This document shows, piece by piece, positions 29,432 to 39,043 of a DNA stretch of 64,000 nt; position 1 is the first letter of the stretch, and each line of letters begins with the position of its first letter. Source of the stretch: Longimicrobiales bacterium (GTDB lineage: Bacteria; Gemmatimonadota; Gemmatimonadetes; Longimicrobiales; Gaopeijiaceae); contig OZ241892.1 in the NCBI GenBank assembly GCA_965203485.1, positions 3,232,001 to 3,296,000 of the forward strand, in the 5' to 3' direction. The notes under the pieces are model-generated. The model ran no database searches. It had not been told where the DNA came from and saw nothing but the letters and a program-made list of their open reading frames with translations. The translations under genes and the position numbers were made by a program.

Positions 29432-30519
29432 AGACGAGGCTCCGCGCCGCCGGGCGGATCGTCCTCGAGATAGCGGATCCGGGGCACCTCCAGCACGCCC
29501 GATGCGACGTCCTTCCTCGCTTGGGCGATCCGGGCTTCGACCGCTGCCGGCACGACGCCCGCCGCCGCAGGATTCGGCACGAAGTCCACCGCGCCGCCGG
29601 CCAGTCCCGAGCGCAGCGCTTCGCCCAGCGTTCCGTCCCTCCAGGCCAGCGCCGTCTGCAGGAACACCGCCGGAATGTCGATCAACGCGCTGCCCGCGAT
29701 CACGTCCGGCGCCACGTCGTTCTGGTCGCGGTTCATCCCGAAGGCCCACGCCGTCCGTCCCTGCTCGCGGGCTTCGCGCACCGCTTGGAAGACACCGAAG
29801 CTCGCCGCGTCCACGTTGTGGATCAGCACGTCGGCGCCGCGGTGAAGCTGGGCGGCGGCCGCTTCCTTGGCGGCGGCCACGTCGTCCCAGTTGCCCGTGA
29901 ACGTCTCCAGGACCGTGGCGTCCGGGTTCACGGCGCGCACGCCCGCCTCGAACGCCAGAAAGGTCCCCTTGGCCGGCGGAATCTCGACCCCTCCGACCAT
30001 GCCCAGGACCCCTGAGGGGCTGATGCCGCCCGCCGCCATGCCCGCCAAGTAGGCCGCTTCCTCGAGACGAAAGATCAGCGGCACCACGTTGGCCGCCGCC
30101 CGCGACCCCGACGAGACCACGAACGTCGCGTCCGGGTATTGCGCCGCCGCCCGCTCTGCCGCGTCCTGGTACTCGAAGCCGTGCCCGAAGATCAAGCCGT
30201 AGCCCGACTCCGCGTACGACGCGAACGCCTCGTCGAAGTCCGCCGGCGTGCGCGTCTGCTGGTGCGACGTGCGCCAGCCCAACGAGTCGCCGATGCGCTG
30301 AAGCCCCTCGTACGCGCCCGCATGCCAGCCCGCGTCGCTCACGGGGCCGGACGTGAGCAGCGCGACCGAGGGGGCCGCATCCGCCGGAGGACCTCCTCCG
30401 CCGTCTCCGTCGCGGCCGGGCGCATCGGCGCATCCTGCGACCACGCCGACCATCGCGACCGCGGCCCATGCGTGCGCGTGCCTGCCAGGGCGGCCCGACA
30501 GAACCGGGGCCAGGCGCAC
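29428..30519 (-). CDS. BMP-family ABC substrate-binding lipoprotein
   Basis: Lipobox VAGC; DAGW..AYEG, IFGHGFEY, AYLAG; start uncertain. Confidence 0.88.
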   Translation of the reverse strand: MRLAPVLSGRPGRHAHAWAAVAMVGVVAGCADAPGRDGDGGGGPPADAAPSVALLTSGPVSDAGWHAGAYEGLQRIGDSLGWRTSHQQTRTPADFDEAFASYAESGYGLIFGHGFEYQDAAERAAAQYPDATFVVSSGSRAAANVVPLIFRLEEAAYLAGMAAGGISPSGVLGMVGGVEIPPAKGTFLAFEAGVRAVNPDATVLETFTGNWDDVAAAKEAAAAQLHRGADVLIHNVDAASFGVFQAVREAREQGRTAWAFGMNRDQNDVAPDVIAGSALIDIPAVFLQTALAWRDGTLGEALRSGLAGGAVDFVPNPAAAGVVPAAVEARIAQARKDVASGVLEVPRIRYLEDDPPGGAEPRL

Positions 30520-30786
30520 CGCGGCCCATGCGCGAGGGGCCCCGCACGTGCGTCCCCGGCCGTCCAGCGACCGCCGTCCAGCCAATGAGCCAGCTCTGCG
30601 TCCGTCCACGGTCTCGTCTCCGCAAGCACAATCGGGCGTCCCTCGATGGCGGCCCCATCTTCGGTGCGGCCACGCGCCAAGTCGATCAACTCGCATCGAC
30701 GGGCCGTTCGGAGTATAATGGTCGGCCAGCCGCTTGGCCCCGGCGGGCCCGTCCGCCGCAACCCGCACACCTCCAAGGAACGCGTC

Positions 30787-32196
30787 ATGAACGAGACTGC
30801 CCGAGGCAACTGGACTTCCAACGTCGGCTTCGTGCTGGCCGCCACCGGAAGCGCGATCGGTTTGGGCAACTTGTGGAAGTTCCCCTTCATCACCTGGGAG
30901 AACGAGGGCGGGGCCTTCGTCCTCGTGTACCTGATCTGCATCGCGGCCGTGGGCCTGCCCATCATGATGGCCGAGCTGCTGATCGGGCGGCGCAGCCAGA
31001 AGAGCGCGGTTGGGGCGCTGAAGGACGCCGCGGGGCCTCTGTGGGGGATCGTGGGCGGCTGGGGCGTGCTGGCGGCGTTCATCCTGCTGAGCTACTACAC
31101 GGTCATCGCGGGCTGGTCGCTGTACTACTTCGCGAAGTCGGTTGGCTGGTCGATGGGGGGGTTCCCGGCGGGCACCGCCATGGGAGACGTGTTTGGTGCG
31201 CAAGCGCTCAATGGCGGTCTCCAGCTCGTGCTTTCTCTGGGCTTCAGTTTGGGCACGATTGCGGTTGTCTATTTCGGCGTCCAGCGCGGCATCGAGCGGA
31301 TCGCCCGCATCTTTCTGCCGATCCTCTTCGGCATCCTCGTGCTCATGCTGTTCAGCGCGCTGGGGATGAGCGGCTCCGGCGAGGCGCTGTCCTTCATCTT
31401 CCGGCCGAACTTCGGCGAGCTGAGCCGCAGTTCGGTCCTCGAGGCCGTGGGCCATTCCTTCTTCACGCTGTCGCTGGGGATGGGCGCGATGATCACCTAC
31501 GGCTCGTACATCGCCCGCAATCAGTCCGTGGTGAAGGCGTCGGGGATGATCGTGCTGCTCGACACGCTGATCGCATTGGTGGCGACGGTGATCATGTTCT
31601 CGGTGATCTTCTCCGTGGTCGGAATGCGAGACGAAGTGTCGGACACGGGCACGGTGGGAATGCTGTTCGTGTCGCTCCCCGCACTGTTCTACACGGAGGT
31701 GCCGTTCGGCTCGCTTCTGGGGCCGCTCTTCTACGTCTTGGTGGCCCTGGCCGCGCTCACGTCCACAATGTCGCTGTTGGAGGTCGTCACCAGCTACCTG
31801 ATCGACGAGCGTGGGCTCAGTCGGCACAAGGCCACCGTGAGTTCCGGGGCCGCGATCTTCGTCTTTACCATTTTCGCCGTCTTGTCTCTGCCGGCCATAT
31901 TGGGGCAGGAAGGGACGCCGTTCCTGTCTACGTTGGAACTCTTCGACGGCAAGGTGGGATGGTTCTTGACCGCCGACCACTTTGTGTCCAACTGGATGTT
32001 GCCGACGGGCGGCTTGCTCATCGCCTTGGCCGCGGGCTGGTTCATGACCCGCAAGGCGACGGAGACCGAGCTGGTGGACGGAACCCAGCCGCGCTGGTTC
32101 CACTACGGCGCTTGGCGCTTCTTCATCCGCTTCGTGGCACCGGCGGCCGTGCTGGCCATCATCATTGCCGTGATCGCTGGCCGGGACTTCAGCTAG
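30787..32196 (+). CDS. sodium-dependent transporter, NSS/SNF family
   Basis: GSAIGLGNLWKFP, GGAF, FFTLSLGMG...TYGSY; multiple TM helices. Confidence 0.93.
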   Translation: MNETARGNWTSNVGFVLAATGSAIGLGNLWKFPFITWENEGGAFVLVYLICIAAVGLPIMMAELLIGRRSQKSAVGALKDAAGPLWGIVGGWGVLAAFILLSYYTVIAGWSLYYFAKSVGWSMGGFPAGTAMGDVFGAQALNGGLQLVLSLGFSLGTIAVVYFGVQRGIERIARIFLPILFGILVLMLFSALGMSGSGEALSFIFRPNFGELSRSSVLEAVGHSFFTLSLGMGAMITYGSYIARNQSVVKASGMIVLLDTLIALVATVIMFSVIFSVVGMRDEVSDTGTVGMLFVSLPALFYTEVPFGSLLGPLFYVLVALAALTSTMSLLEVVTSYLIDERGLSRHKATVSSGAAIFVFTIFAVLSLPAILGQEGTPFLSTLELFDGKVGWFLTADHFVSNWMLPTGGLLIALAAGWFMTRKATETELVDGTQPRWFHYGAWRFFIRFVAPAAVLAIIIAVIAGRDFS

Positions 32197-32211
32197 AGAC
32201 GACTGGCGACG

Positions 32212-34323
32212 ATGGGCGGCGAGGCGGAGAAGCGCGTTCCCGACGGCGCCGTCGCGCTTGTAGCCCTCCGCGTCGACAAGCGGCCGCCTGTGCTCCGGTT
32301 CCAGGGGCGGGTCCTGTACTTGGTAGACGACGCGGAGTTGTTGCGCCGCCAGCTTCACGACGATGTGGACCTGACGCTCGCCGAGGCGGCCGAGGCGGGG
32401 TTCCGCGACCAGATCAGCACCGACGAGATCACGCCCGCCTACATCTGCTTCTTCTACGACGAGACGCTGGGCGAGTTCCCGTACCTGGGCTTGCGGGCTG
32501 CGGCGGGGGCGGACGGCGAAGACAAGGCGCCCGTGGAGCGTGGGAGCGTCCGGGCGGGCGGGTTCGTCTGCTCCGTCGCCGGGAAGCGCAGGGGCAAGGG
32601 GTCGAGCCGCGAACAGAGTCCGTACGCCGAGCGGATGGCGGGAATCCAGGTGGTCGTGTCCGAAAGCATTGAACGCATCTACGAGGAGAACTGCCAGAAC
32701 CTGGGCGTCCTCACGACGACCGACCTGGGCGTGGCGGAGCGCATCCGCGCCGGGGAGTCGATCCCGCTGGCGGAGTTCACCGCCGGCAAGGACGACATCA
32801 CTCGGCAGATCGTCGAATACGGCGGCCTCTTCGAGTTCAACGCGGCGCGCTTGCAAGGGAAAGTGACGTTGCCCGCGCCGAAAGCGCTGGGAACCGGCGC
32901 GCGCAATGGTGCGAGGCGCGCACCGGGCCGTTCGCCCCGCGGCCGCCCGATGACGCTCGGCGAGAAGATCTTCGCGCGCAAATGGGTCGTGGACGCGGCG
33001 CGGGACTCGGTGGGCGTGGACTGGGTCGAGCCCGGGGAAGCCGGCTTCTTCCGCGCCGACCTGCGCTTCTCGCACGAGTACGTGACGCCGATGGCCGCGA
33101 TCTTCTTCGAAGAGAAGCTGGGGCCGGCCGCCCGCGTGCAGGATCCCGGCTCCGTCCTCTTCTTCCGCGACCACCTGACGTTCCTGCACAAGGCCATGAG
33201 CCAGGAACGGATCGAGGCGGGCCTGCTGGACGTGGCCAACCAGCTCGAGGCGAAGCAGCGCGAGTTCGCCGAGAAGCAGGGCGTGCGCCTCTACGGCGAG
33301 CAGATGGGCCATGCCATGGGCTCCGAGGCCATCTGCCACTCCAAGGTGCTCGAGGAGTACGCCGAGCCGGGCATGCTCGTGATCGGCACGGACTCCCACA
33401 CGCCGCATGCAGGCGCCGTGGGTGCGCTGGCCTTCGGCGTCGGCACGACCGCGATCTTCAACTCGTGGATCACCAAGGACGTGCGGGCGCGGATTCCGCC
33501 GTCGTTCAAGGTGGTCGTTTCGGGAACGCCGCCCCGCAACGTGACCGCCAAGGACTACATGCTCGAGATCCTGCGCCATCCGTACGTGCGCGACGGACAC
33601 GCCATCGGCCAGATCGTGGAGTACGCCGGCCCGGCCGTGGAGACCCTGTCGGTGGACGAGCGGGCGACGATGACCAACATGGCGGCCGAGGTCGGCGCCT
33701 TCACCGGGATCGTGGCCGCCGACGAACGCACGGTGGAGTTCCTGGTACAGGAGCGGGGAATGGACGAAGCGGCGGCCCGCGCGCTCGTGGACGGCATGCA
33801 GAGCGATCCGGACGCCGAGTACGTGACCGTCATCGAGATCGACGCCTCGAGGGTGCGCCCCATGGTCGCGCTTCCCGGCGATCCCGGCAACGGCGTGTAC
33901 ATAGACGAAATGGACGCGGCCGTGTCCATCGAGATCGCCTACGCCGGATCGTGCACGGCGGGCAAGAAGGAGGACATGGACATGTACGCGCGGGTCTTCC
34001 AAGAGGCTCGGGCGGACGGCAGAGGCGTGCATCCCGGCGTGAAGTGCTACATCCAGTGCGGGTCGGTGGACGTGCGCGAATACGCGCGGGCGCAGGGCTA
34101 TCTGGACCTGTTCCGCGACGTGGGCGCCGAGTTTGTCGAGCCGGGGTGCGGCGCGTGCATCGCCGCCGGCCCGGGCGTCACCGAGCGGCCCGACCAAGTG
34201 TCGGTGTCGTCGCAGAACCGCAACTTCCCCGGGCGTTCGGGGCCTGGGCAGCTCTACTTGGTGTCGCCCTATTCGGTGGCGGCGTCGGCAGTGGCCGGCA
34301 GGGTGGCGGGATGGGACGCGTAG
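32212..34323 (+). CDS. aconitase-family [4Fe-4S] hydro-lyase with N-terminal swivel (LeuD-like) fused to LeuC-like domain
   Basis: STDEITP, GKGSSREQ, then MTLGEKI, DH, GTDSHT, GSCT, PGCGAC, NRNFPGR. Confidence 0.88.
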   Translation: MGGEAEKRVPDGAVALVALRVDKRPPVLRFQGRVLYLVDDAELLRRQLHDDVDLTLAEAAEAGFRDQISTDEITPAYICFFYDETLGEFPYLGLRAAAGADGEDKAPVERGSVRAGGFVCSVAGKRRGKGSSREQSPYAERMAGIQVVVSESIERIYEENCQNLGVLTTTDLGVAERIRAGESIPLAEFTAGKDDITRQIVEYGGLFEFNAARLQGKVTLPAPKALGTGARNGARRAPGRSPRGRPMTLGEKIFARKWVVDAARDSVGVDWVEPGEAGFFRADLRFSHEYVTPMAAIFFEEKLGPAARVQDPGSVLFFRDHLTFLHKAMSQERIEAGLLDVANQLEAKQREFAEKQGVRLYGEQMGHAMGSEAICHSKVLEEYAEPGMLVIGTDSHTPHAGAVGALAFGVGTTAIFNSWITKDVRARIPPSFKVVVSGTPPRNVTAKDYMLEILRHPYVRDGHAIGQIVEYAGPAVETLSVDERATMTNMAAEVGAFTGIVAADERTVEFLVQERGMDEAAARALVDGMQSDPDAEYVTVIEIDASRVRPMVALPGDPGNGVYIDEMDAAVSIEIAYAGSCTAGKKEDMDMYARVFQEARADGRGVHPGVKCYIQCGSVDVREYARAQGYLDLFRDVGAEFVEPGCGACIAAGPGVTERPDQVSVSSQNRNFPGRSGPGQLYLVSPYSVAASAVAGRVAGWDA

Positions 34324-34373
34324 GGCCTGCGGCGGACGTTGCCGGGCGCCCTGCTCCACGCCTGCTTCCCGAA

Positions 34374-34994
34374 ATGATCGACCACTTGGTCTATGCCGTC
34401 CCGGAGTTGGCGTCCGGCGTGCGCGTGGTCGAGTCGCGCCTCGGCGTCTCGTTCTCGCCGGGGGGCCGCCATCCGGGTCTGGGCAGCCACAACGCGTTGT
34501 TGCGGATCGGCCCCCGCGCCTACTTGGAAGTCGTGGCGCCCGACCCTGCTCAGCCCAAGCCCGCGGGCGGCCACTGGTTCGCGACGCCGAACACGGACCT
34601 TCCCGCCCTCGTTGCCTGGTGCGCGCGCACCGACGACCTGCACAGCCTGGCCGCGGACCCCGGCGGCCGCTTGGTCGGCCCGGTCCGCCGAATGTCGCGA
34701 ATCAATCCCGGCGGCGACACGGTGAGCTGGACGCTGACCATGCCCCTGCATCCGCCGCCCCACCGCGGCGCCGTCCCGTTCTTCATCGACTGGGGGGCGA
34801 CGCGGCACCCGTGCGCGACGCTCCCCGACGTGGGCGTGCGGATCAAGAACTTGGTTGCGCGGTCGCCGCATGCCCGCATCGTGCAGGACGACCTGCGGGC
34901 GCTGTCCGTGGACCTCGATGTCGAGGACTCCGCCGAGCCGGGCCTCGCGGCGGCGCTGGAAACCGCAGACGGGGCGGAGGTGATGCTGGCGTAG
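34374..34994 (+). CDS. VOC family protein (glyoxalase_3)
   Basis: IDHLV, GGRHPGLGSHNAL, YLEV, PFFIDW. Confidence 0.88.
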   Translation: MIDHLVYAVPELASGVRVVESRLGVSFSPGGRHPGLGSHNALLRIGPRAYLEVVAPDPAQPKPAGGHWFATPNTDLPALVAWCARTDDLHSLAADPGGRLVGPVRRMSRINPGGDTVSWTLTMPLHPPPHRGAVPFFIDWGATRHPCATLPDVGVRIKNLVARSPHARIVQDDLRALSVDLDVEDSAEPGLAAALETADGAEVMLA

Positions 34995-35047
34995 AAGGCA
35001 TGGCGCCGCCTGGCCGGGCCTCGCCGATTCGTTCCCCCCGCCCGTCT

Positions 35048-36194
35048 CTACCTCTGCCGTTGGTGCACTAGTTCTTCGAGGCGGGAAAGCCATTTGCGGA
35101 ACCGAGGGCATTCCTCGCGAATTCGCGTCAAGCCCGCTCGTAGGGCCACCCTTGGGCCATCGATGCGCTTCCTGTATCTCGGCAAAATCTTTGCGATTTG
35201 CTTGCTTGGCGCGGTCTCGGGATCGTCGTTGATGTCTTCCGGCGTTTCTGCCAGAGTTCGCCCGTCGTGTAGCGCTCGAGCCAGCGGCGATGCTCGCTGT
35301 CGTCGCATTTCTTGATCTTCGTTTGCCGGTCTCGCAGTTCCAGAACGAAAATCTCGTCGAGACTGAACTCGTCGACAAGCAGCGGTGATTGGGTGGCTGC
35401 AATAATCTGTCGCTCGCTCGAGAGTGCCTTGATCATCTCCCCTACCATGCCGACTGCGGCAGGGTGCAATCCCAGTTCCGGTTCATCAAGCAACAAGACC
35501 TCGGGAAGCATCGCCGACGGCAGGCTCAACAATGTCACCAGCGCAAAGAAGCGCAACGATCCGTCGGATGTCAGGTGGGCGCCAATGCTCTTGCCAGGTT
35601 TGCACCGTCTGCCCGAAGATAGTTCTTGTCTTCAATGTCCCAGCTCTTCTTCATTCTCGAATCATGAGACGTATCGTGAAACTGATATACGGAGCAACGC
35701 CGAAGTCGAGCACGAAGCACTTTGGCTGTCGTGAAGTTGACGCCAAGAGCGTTGTCCTCGGTCACTTCGGTAATCATGGCTTCGGCGTGTCCCCTGGCGT
35801 TGATCTCCTGCCAGGGCGCCTCCGCCCCCCATTCTTCTCGGCTGAAGCGCACTGCTTCCTGCGTGAACATGAGCTCGTCGCCCGCTGCATAGGCCAGCGC
35901 AAACCTGTAGTCGCCCCTGCCGCTGTCGGTCCGCATTCCGATCTCGCCCTCCATCAACGGAGTCTGCTTGCTGCCACCGAAGAGCTGGTCGTCCGCACCT
36001 CCGTGTCTTCGGACGAATTCGGCGAGTCGGCGCGGGCCCACCATCCAGCTCGTCATTTCGAAGAACCGAATGACGTTGGACTTGCCGACGCTGTTGGGGC
36101 CGATGAAGACGGCCGACATCGGCAGATCGGCAATCTCGACGTCGGCGAGCGACCGGAAGCCCTTGACGCGAACGAAGTCGACCTTGTTGGGCAT
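35048..36194 (-). pseudogene. internally deleted AAA_21 ATPase plus DUF4276-like partner (remnant)
   Basis: VKGFRS, GPNSVGKSN; frame break to SDGSLRF..LLDEPELGLHP..ATQSP..GELWQK; then a jump into PEDIND.PETAPSK..CPRF.KWL. Confidence 0.8.
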
Positions 36195-36333
36195 GGCTGG
36201 AACGTTTGGGCGGGGGCTGTCCCCCCGGGTCGAGCCGTGCGGCGACCGCGACGGTTTGGGGTCGACCGGCGGGGTCGGACGGCGGCGCGAGGCGCAAGAT
36301 GCCTCGGAGCCGTGCGCGGCAACCGCGCGCCAA

Positions 36334-36406
36334 TGGTCGCTGCTGGACTCGAACCAGCGACCCCTACGATGTGAGCGTAGTGCTCTACCAGCTGAGCTAA
36401 GCGACC
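36334..36406 (-). tRNA. tRNA-Val(CAC)
   Basis: GGTCGCTTAGCTCAGCTGGTAGAGC..CTACG-CTCACAT-CGTAG..GGTTCGAGTCC..AGCGACCA; CCA not encoded. Confidence 0.95.
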
Positions 36407-36411
36407 TGTAG

Positions 36412-36484
36412 TACCCCCACGGGGAATCGAACCCCGGTCTCCTGGCTGAGAACCAGGTATCCTAGGCCACTAGACGATGGGGGC
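36412..36484 (-). tRNA. tRNA-Glu(CTC)
   Basis: GCCCCCATCGTCTAGTGGCCTAGGA..CCTGG-TTCTCAG-CCAGG..GGTTCGATTCC..TGGGGGTA; 5 nt upstream of tRNA-Val. Confidence 0.95.
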
Positions 36485-36524
36485 GGGCCCGCGGGATCGC
36501 CGAACCCCGAACGGGCAAAGCCTA

Positions 36525-36552
36525 AACCTAGGAAAAGGGCCGCGAGAGTCAA
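36525..36552 (-). promoter_or_regulatory. putative sigma70 promoter of the tRNA pair
   Basis: TTGACT-16nt-TAGGTT about 40 nt upstream of tRNA-Glu. Confidence 0.55.
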
Positions 36553-36736
36553 CAGGCGCCTCGTCGGTGGGGGCTCAAAGACCGCAGGCCCGCGCCCGCG
36601 GCGCCCCCGTTGCCCGGCGTCCACGCGATTCCGCCTGCCGTGCCGGGCGGCCTCCCTCGTGCGTCGCACGGCCCCGCCGTGGCAGCGGACGTCTTGCCCG
36701 GCCTCGCGGCCGCGGGGCATCTTGCTTGGCGGCGGC

Positions 36737-37315
36737 ATGAAGGCGCCTCGACGGAAACGCCGGCGAAGAACGGAATCGGTTACCCACTTGACGAAATGGC
36801 CCCAACGCCCGCGGCCCAGCGAGTGCGCGGCGTTCTACCACCCCTATCTGGACGCGGCGAAACGCGCGGGCGGGACGCTGGGCGAGGTGATGGAGAAGGA
36901 CGCGGCGGCTTGGCGGGACCTGCTGGGCGGCGTGCCGGCCGAGCGCGAGGGAAGGCGGTACGCGGCGGAGAAGTGGTCGTTGCGCGAGGTGTTGGGCCAC
37001 GTGACGGACGCGGAGCGAATGTTCGGTGCGCGCGCGCTGGCGTTCGCGCGGAGGGACGCCGGGCCGTATCCGTCGTTCGACGAGAACGAGTACGCGGCGC
37101 GCTCGGGGGCGGACGAGCGGCCGCTGGCGAACCTGGCGGGGGAGTTCCAGGCGGTGCGCCGCGCGACGATCCTGCTCTTCGAGGGCTTCGCGCCGCGCGT
37201 CTGGGATCGAACGGGCGTGGCGAGCGGTTGCGAGTTCACCGTGCGGGCCCTGGCCTGGATCGTGGCGGGGCACTCCGTCCACCACAGGCGGGTAGTGGCG
37301 GAACGCTACTTGTAG
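36737..37315 (+). CDS. DinB family protein
   Basis: YAAEKWSLREVLGHVTDAER, FDEN, AGHSVHH; start uncertain. Confidence 0.88.
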   Translation: MKAPRRKRRRRTESVTHLTKWPQRPRPSECAAFYHPYLDAAKRAGGTLGEVMEKDAAAWRDLLGGVPAEREGRRYAAEKWSLREVLGHVTDAERMFGARALAFARRDAGPYPSFDENEYAARSGADERPLANLAGEFQAVRRATILLFEGFAPRVWDRTGVASGCEFTVRALAWIVAGHSVHHRRVVAERYL

Positions 37316-37554
37316 GCGCGTTGGTTGCGCGGGTCGCGCCTTCCGGCGAGGAGGAGCCCAGGCGCCTGCATCCTCCCGTCCGAAGGCTGGCGCCCCGGTC
37401 GTCGCGCTGGGCGTTGCGAGCGGTGGGGCGGGTGTCCAATATGGCCTTGCGGGAACGCCGCGCCCGTGGGCGTTCCCTGAGGCGGCGGCCGGCCGGCTCG
37501 CGCAGCCCGATCGGCGCCGCGCCTGCACCTTCCTCGTCCAGCGGAGTGACCCCG

Positions 37555-38907
37555 ATGTCGCGCAACGGCTCGCCCTCTTCCCTTCCCTTCCCTCCCGGGC
37601 CGCGGCTCAAGCGCGAGGTGCGCGCCGGGCTCACCACGTTCGCGACGATGGGCTACATCGTGGTGCTGAACCCGGCGATCCTGGGCGACGCGGGAATGCC
37701 GGCCGGGGGCGTGCTGGTGGCGACCTGCCTTGCGGCGGCGACGGGCTCGATCCTGATGGGGCTGTTGGCGAACTATCCGTTCGCGCTGGCGCCGGGGATG
37801 GGACTGAACGCGTTCTTCGCTTACACGCTGGTGCTGGGCGAAGGGTTGTCGTGGCAGGCGGCGCTGGCGGCGGTGTTCGTTTCGGGCGTGGTCTTCGTGG
37901 TCCTGACGCTCACGCGGGTGCGCGAAGCGGTGATCGACGGGATTCCGCCGAACCTCAAGCACGCCGTGGGCGCGGGAATAGGGCTGTTCGTCGCGTTGAT
38001 CGGACTTCGCAACGCGGGACTGATCGCATACAACCCCGGCACGCGCGCGATGGGGCGGATCAACGAGGGCTACTTGGGCGACGGGGCGTTGGCCGAGTTC
38101 GCGTTTCCGGGCGTGGACGAGGCATCGATCGCACTGGCGCTGTTCGGGTTGCTGGCGACGGCGGGACTGGTGGCCCGCAAGGTGCCGGGCGCATTGCTGA
38201 TCGGGATTCTCTTGACGACGGCCGCGGGGATTCCTCTGGGCGTGGTGGCGCCGGAGAGCTGGTCGTTGGTCGAGATGCCGTCGGGGCTGGGCGAAACGCT
38301 CTGGCAGATGGACTTCGGCGAACTCTTCGCCTACGGATTGCTGACGGCGGTCTTCACGTTCACGTTCGTGGACTTGTTCGACACTGCTGGGACGCTGGTG
38401 GGCGTGGCGGGCAAGGCCGGAATGCTGGATGCGGACGGGCGGTTGCCACGGGCCAAGCGGGCGTTGCTGGCGGACTCCGTGGCCACGCTTGCCGGGTCGG
38501 CGCTGGGGACGAGCACGACGACGACCTACGTCGAGAGCGCGGCGGGCGTGGCGGAAGGCGGGCGCACGGGGTGGACCGCGATCACGGTGGGCGTGCTGTT
38601 CCTGGCGGCGCTGTTCTTCGGTCCGGTGGTGCGGCTGGTGCCGGGCGCGGCGACGGCGGCGGCGCTGGTGATGGTGGGCGTCTTCATGATGGGAGCGGTG
38701 GCGCGCATCGACTTCGAGGACCCGGTGGAGGCGATTCCGGCGTTCCTGGCGATCGCGTTCATGCCGCTGACGTTCAGCATCGCCGAGGGCATTTCGGTGG
38801 GGATCGTTTCATGCGTGGCGTTGCGGTTGCTGGCCGGGCGGGCCGGGCAGATCAGCCCGGTGCTGTGGGTGATGTTCGCGCTGTTCGTGCTGCGCTACTT
38901 CCTGTAG
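37555..38907 (+). CDS. NCS2/AzgA-family purine permease
   Basis: AGLTTF..M.YI, APGMGLNAFF, FDTAGT, ESAAGV..GGRTG. Confidence 0.92.
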   Translation: MSRNGSPSSLPFPPGPRLKREVRAGLTTFATMGYIVVLNPAILGDAGMPAGGVLVATCLAAATGSILMGLLANYPFALAPGMGLNAFFAYTLVLGEGLSWQAALAAVFVSGVVFVVLTLTRVREAVIDGIPPNLKHAVGAGIGLFVALIGLRNAGLIAYNPGTRAMGRINEGYLGDGALAEFAFPGVDEASIALALFGLLATAGLVARKVPGALLIGILLTTAAGIPLGVVAPESWSLVEMPSGLGETLWQMDFGELFAYGLLTAVFTFTFVDLFDTAGTLVGVAGKAGMLDADGRLPRAKRALLADSVATLAGSALGTSTTTTYVESAAGVAEGGRTGWTAITVGVLFLAALFFGPVVRLVPGAATAAALVMVGVFMMGAVARIDFEDPVEAIPAFLAIAFMPLTFSIAEGISVGIVSCVALRLLAGRAGQISPVLWVMFALFVLRYFL

Positions 38908-39043
38908 GACGGGCGCGCGAGGCGCGGCATGGCGGCAGGCGGCGCGCGGCCCCCCCCCGTGTCCTCGGGTGGGGAGACTGGAGTTCGCCCTGCGCCGAAT
39001 GCGGGGCCTATCGACCGCAAGCCGGCGTAGCCGTGGGCGAAGC

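Noticed and set aside
35000..36484. tRNA-anchored integrative element
   Set aside because: No integrase and no duplicated tRNA 3' end found by eye
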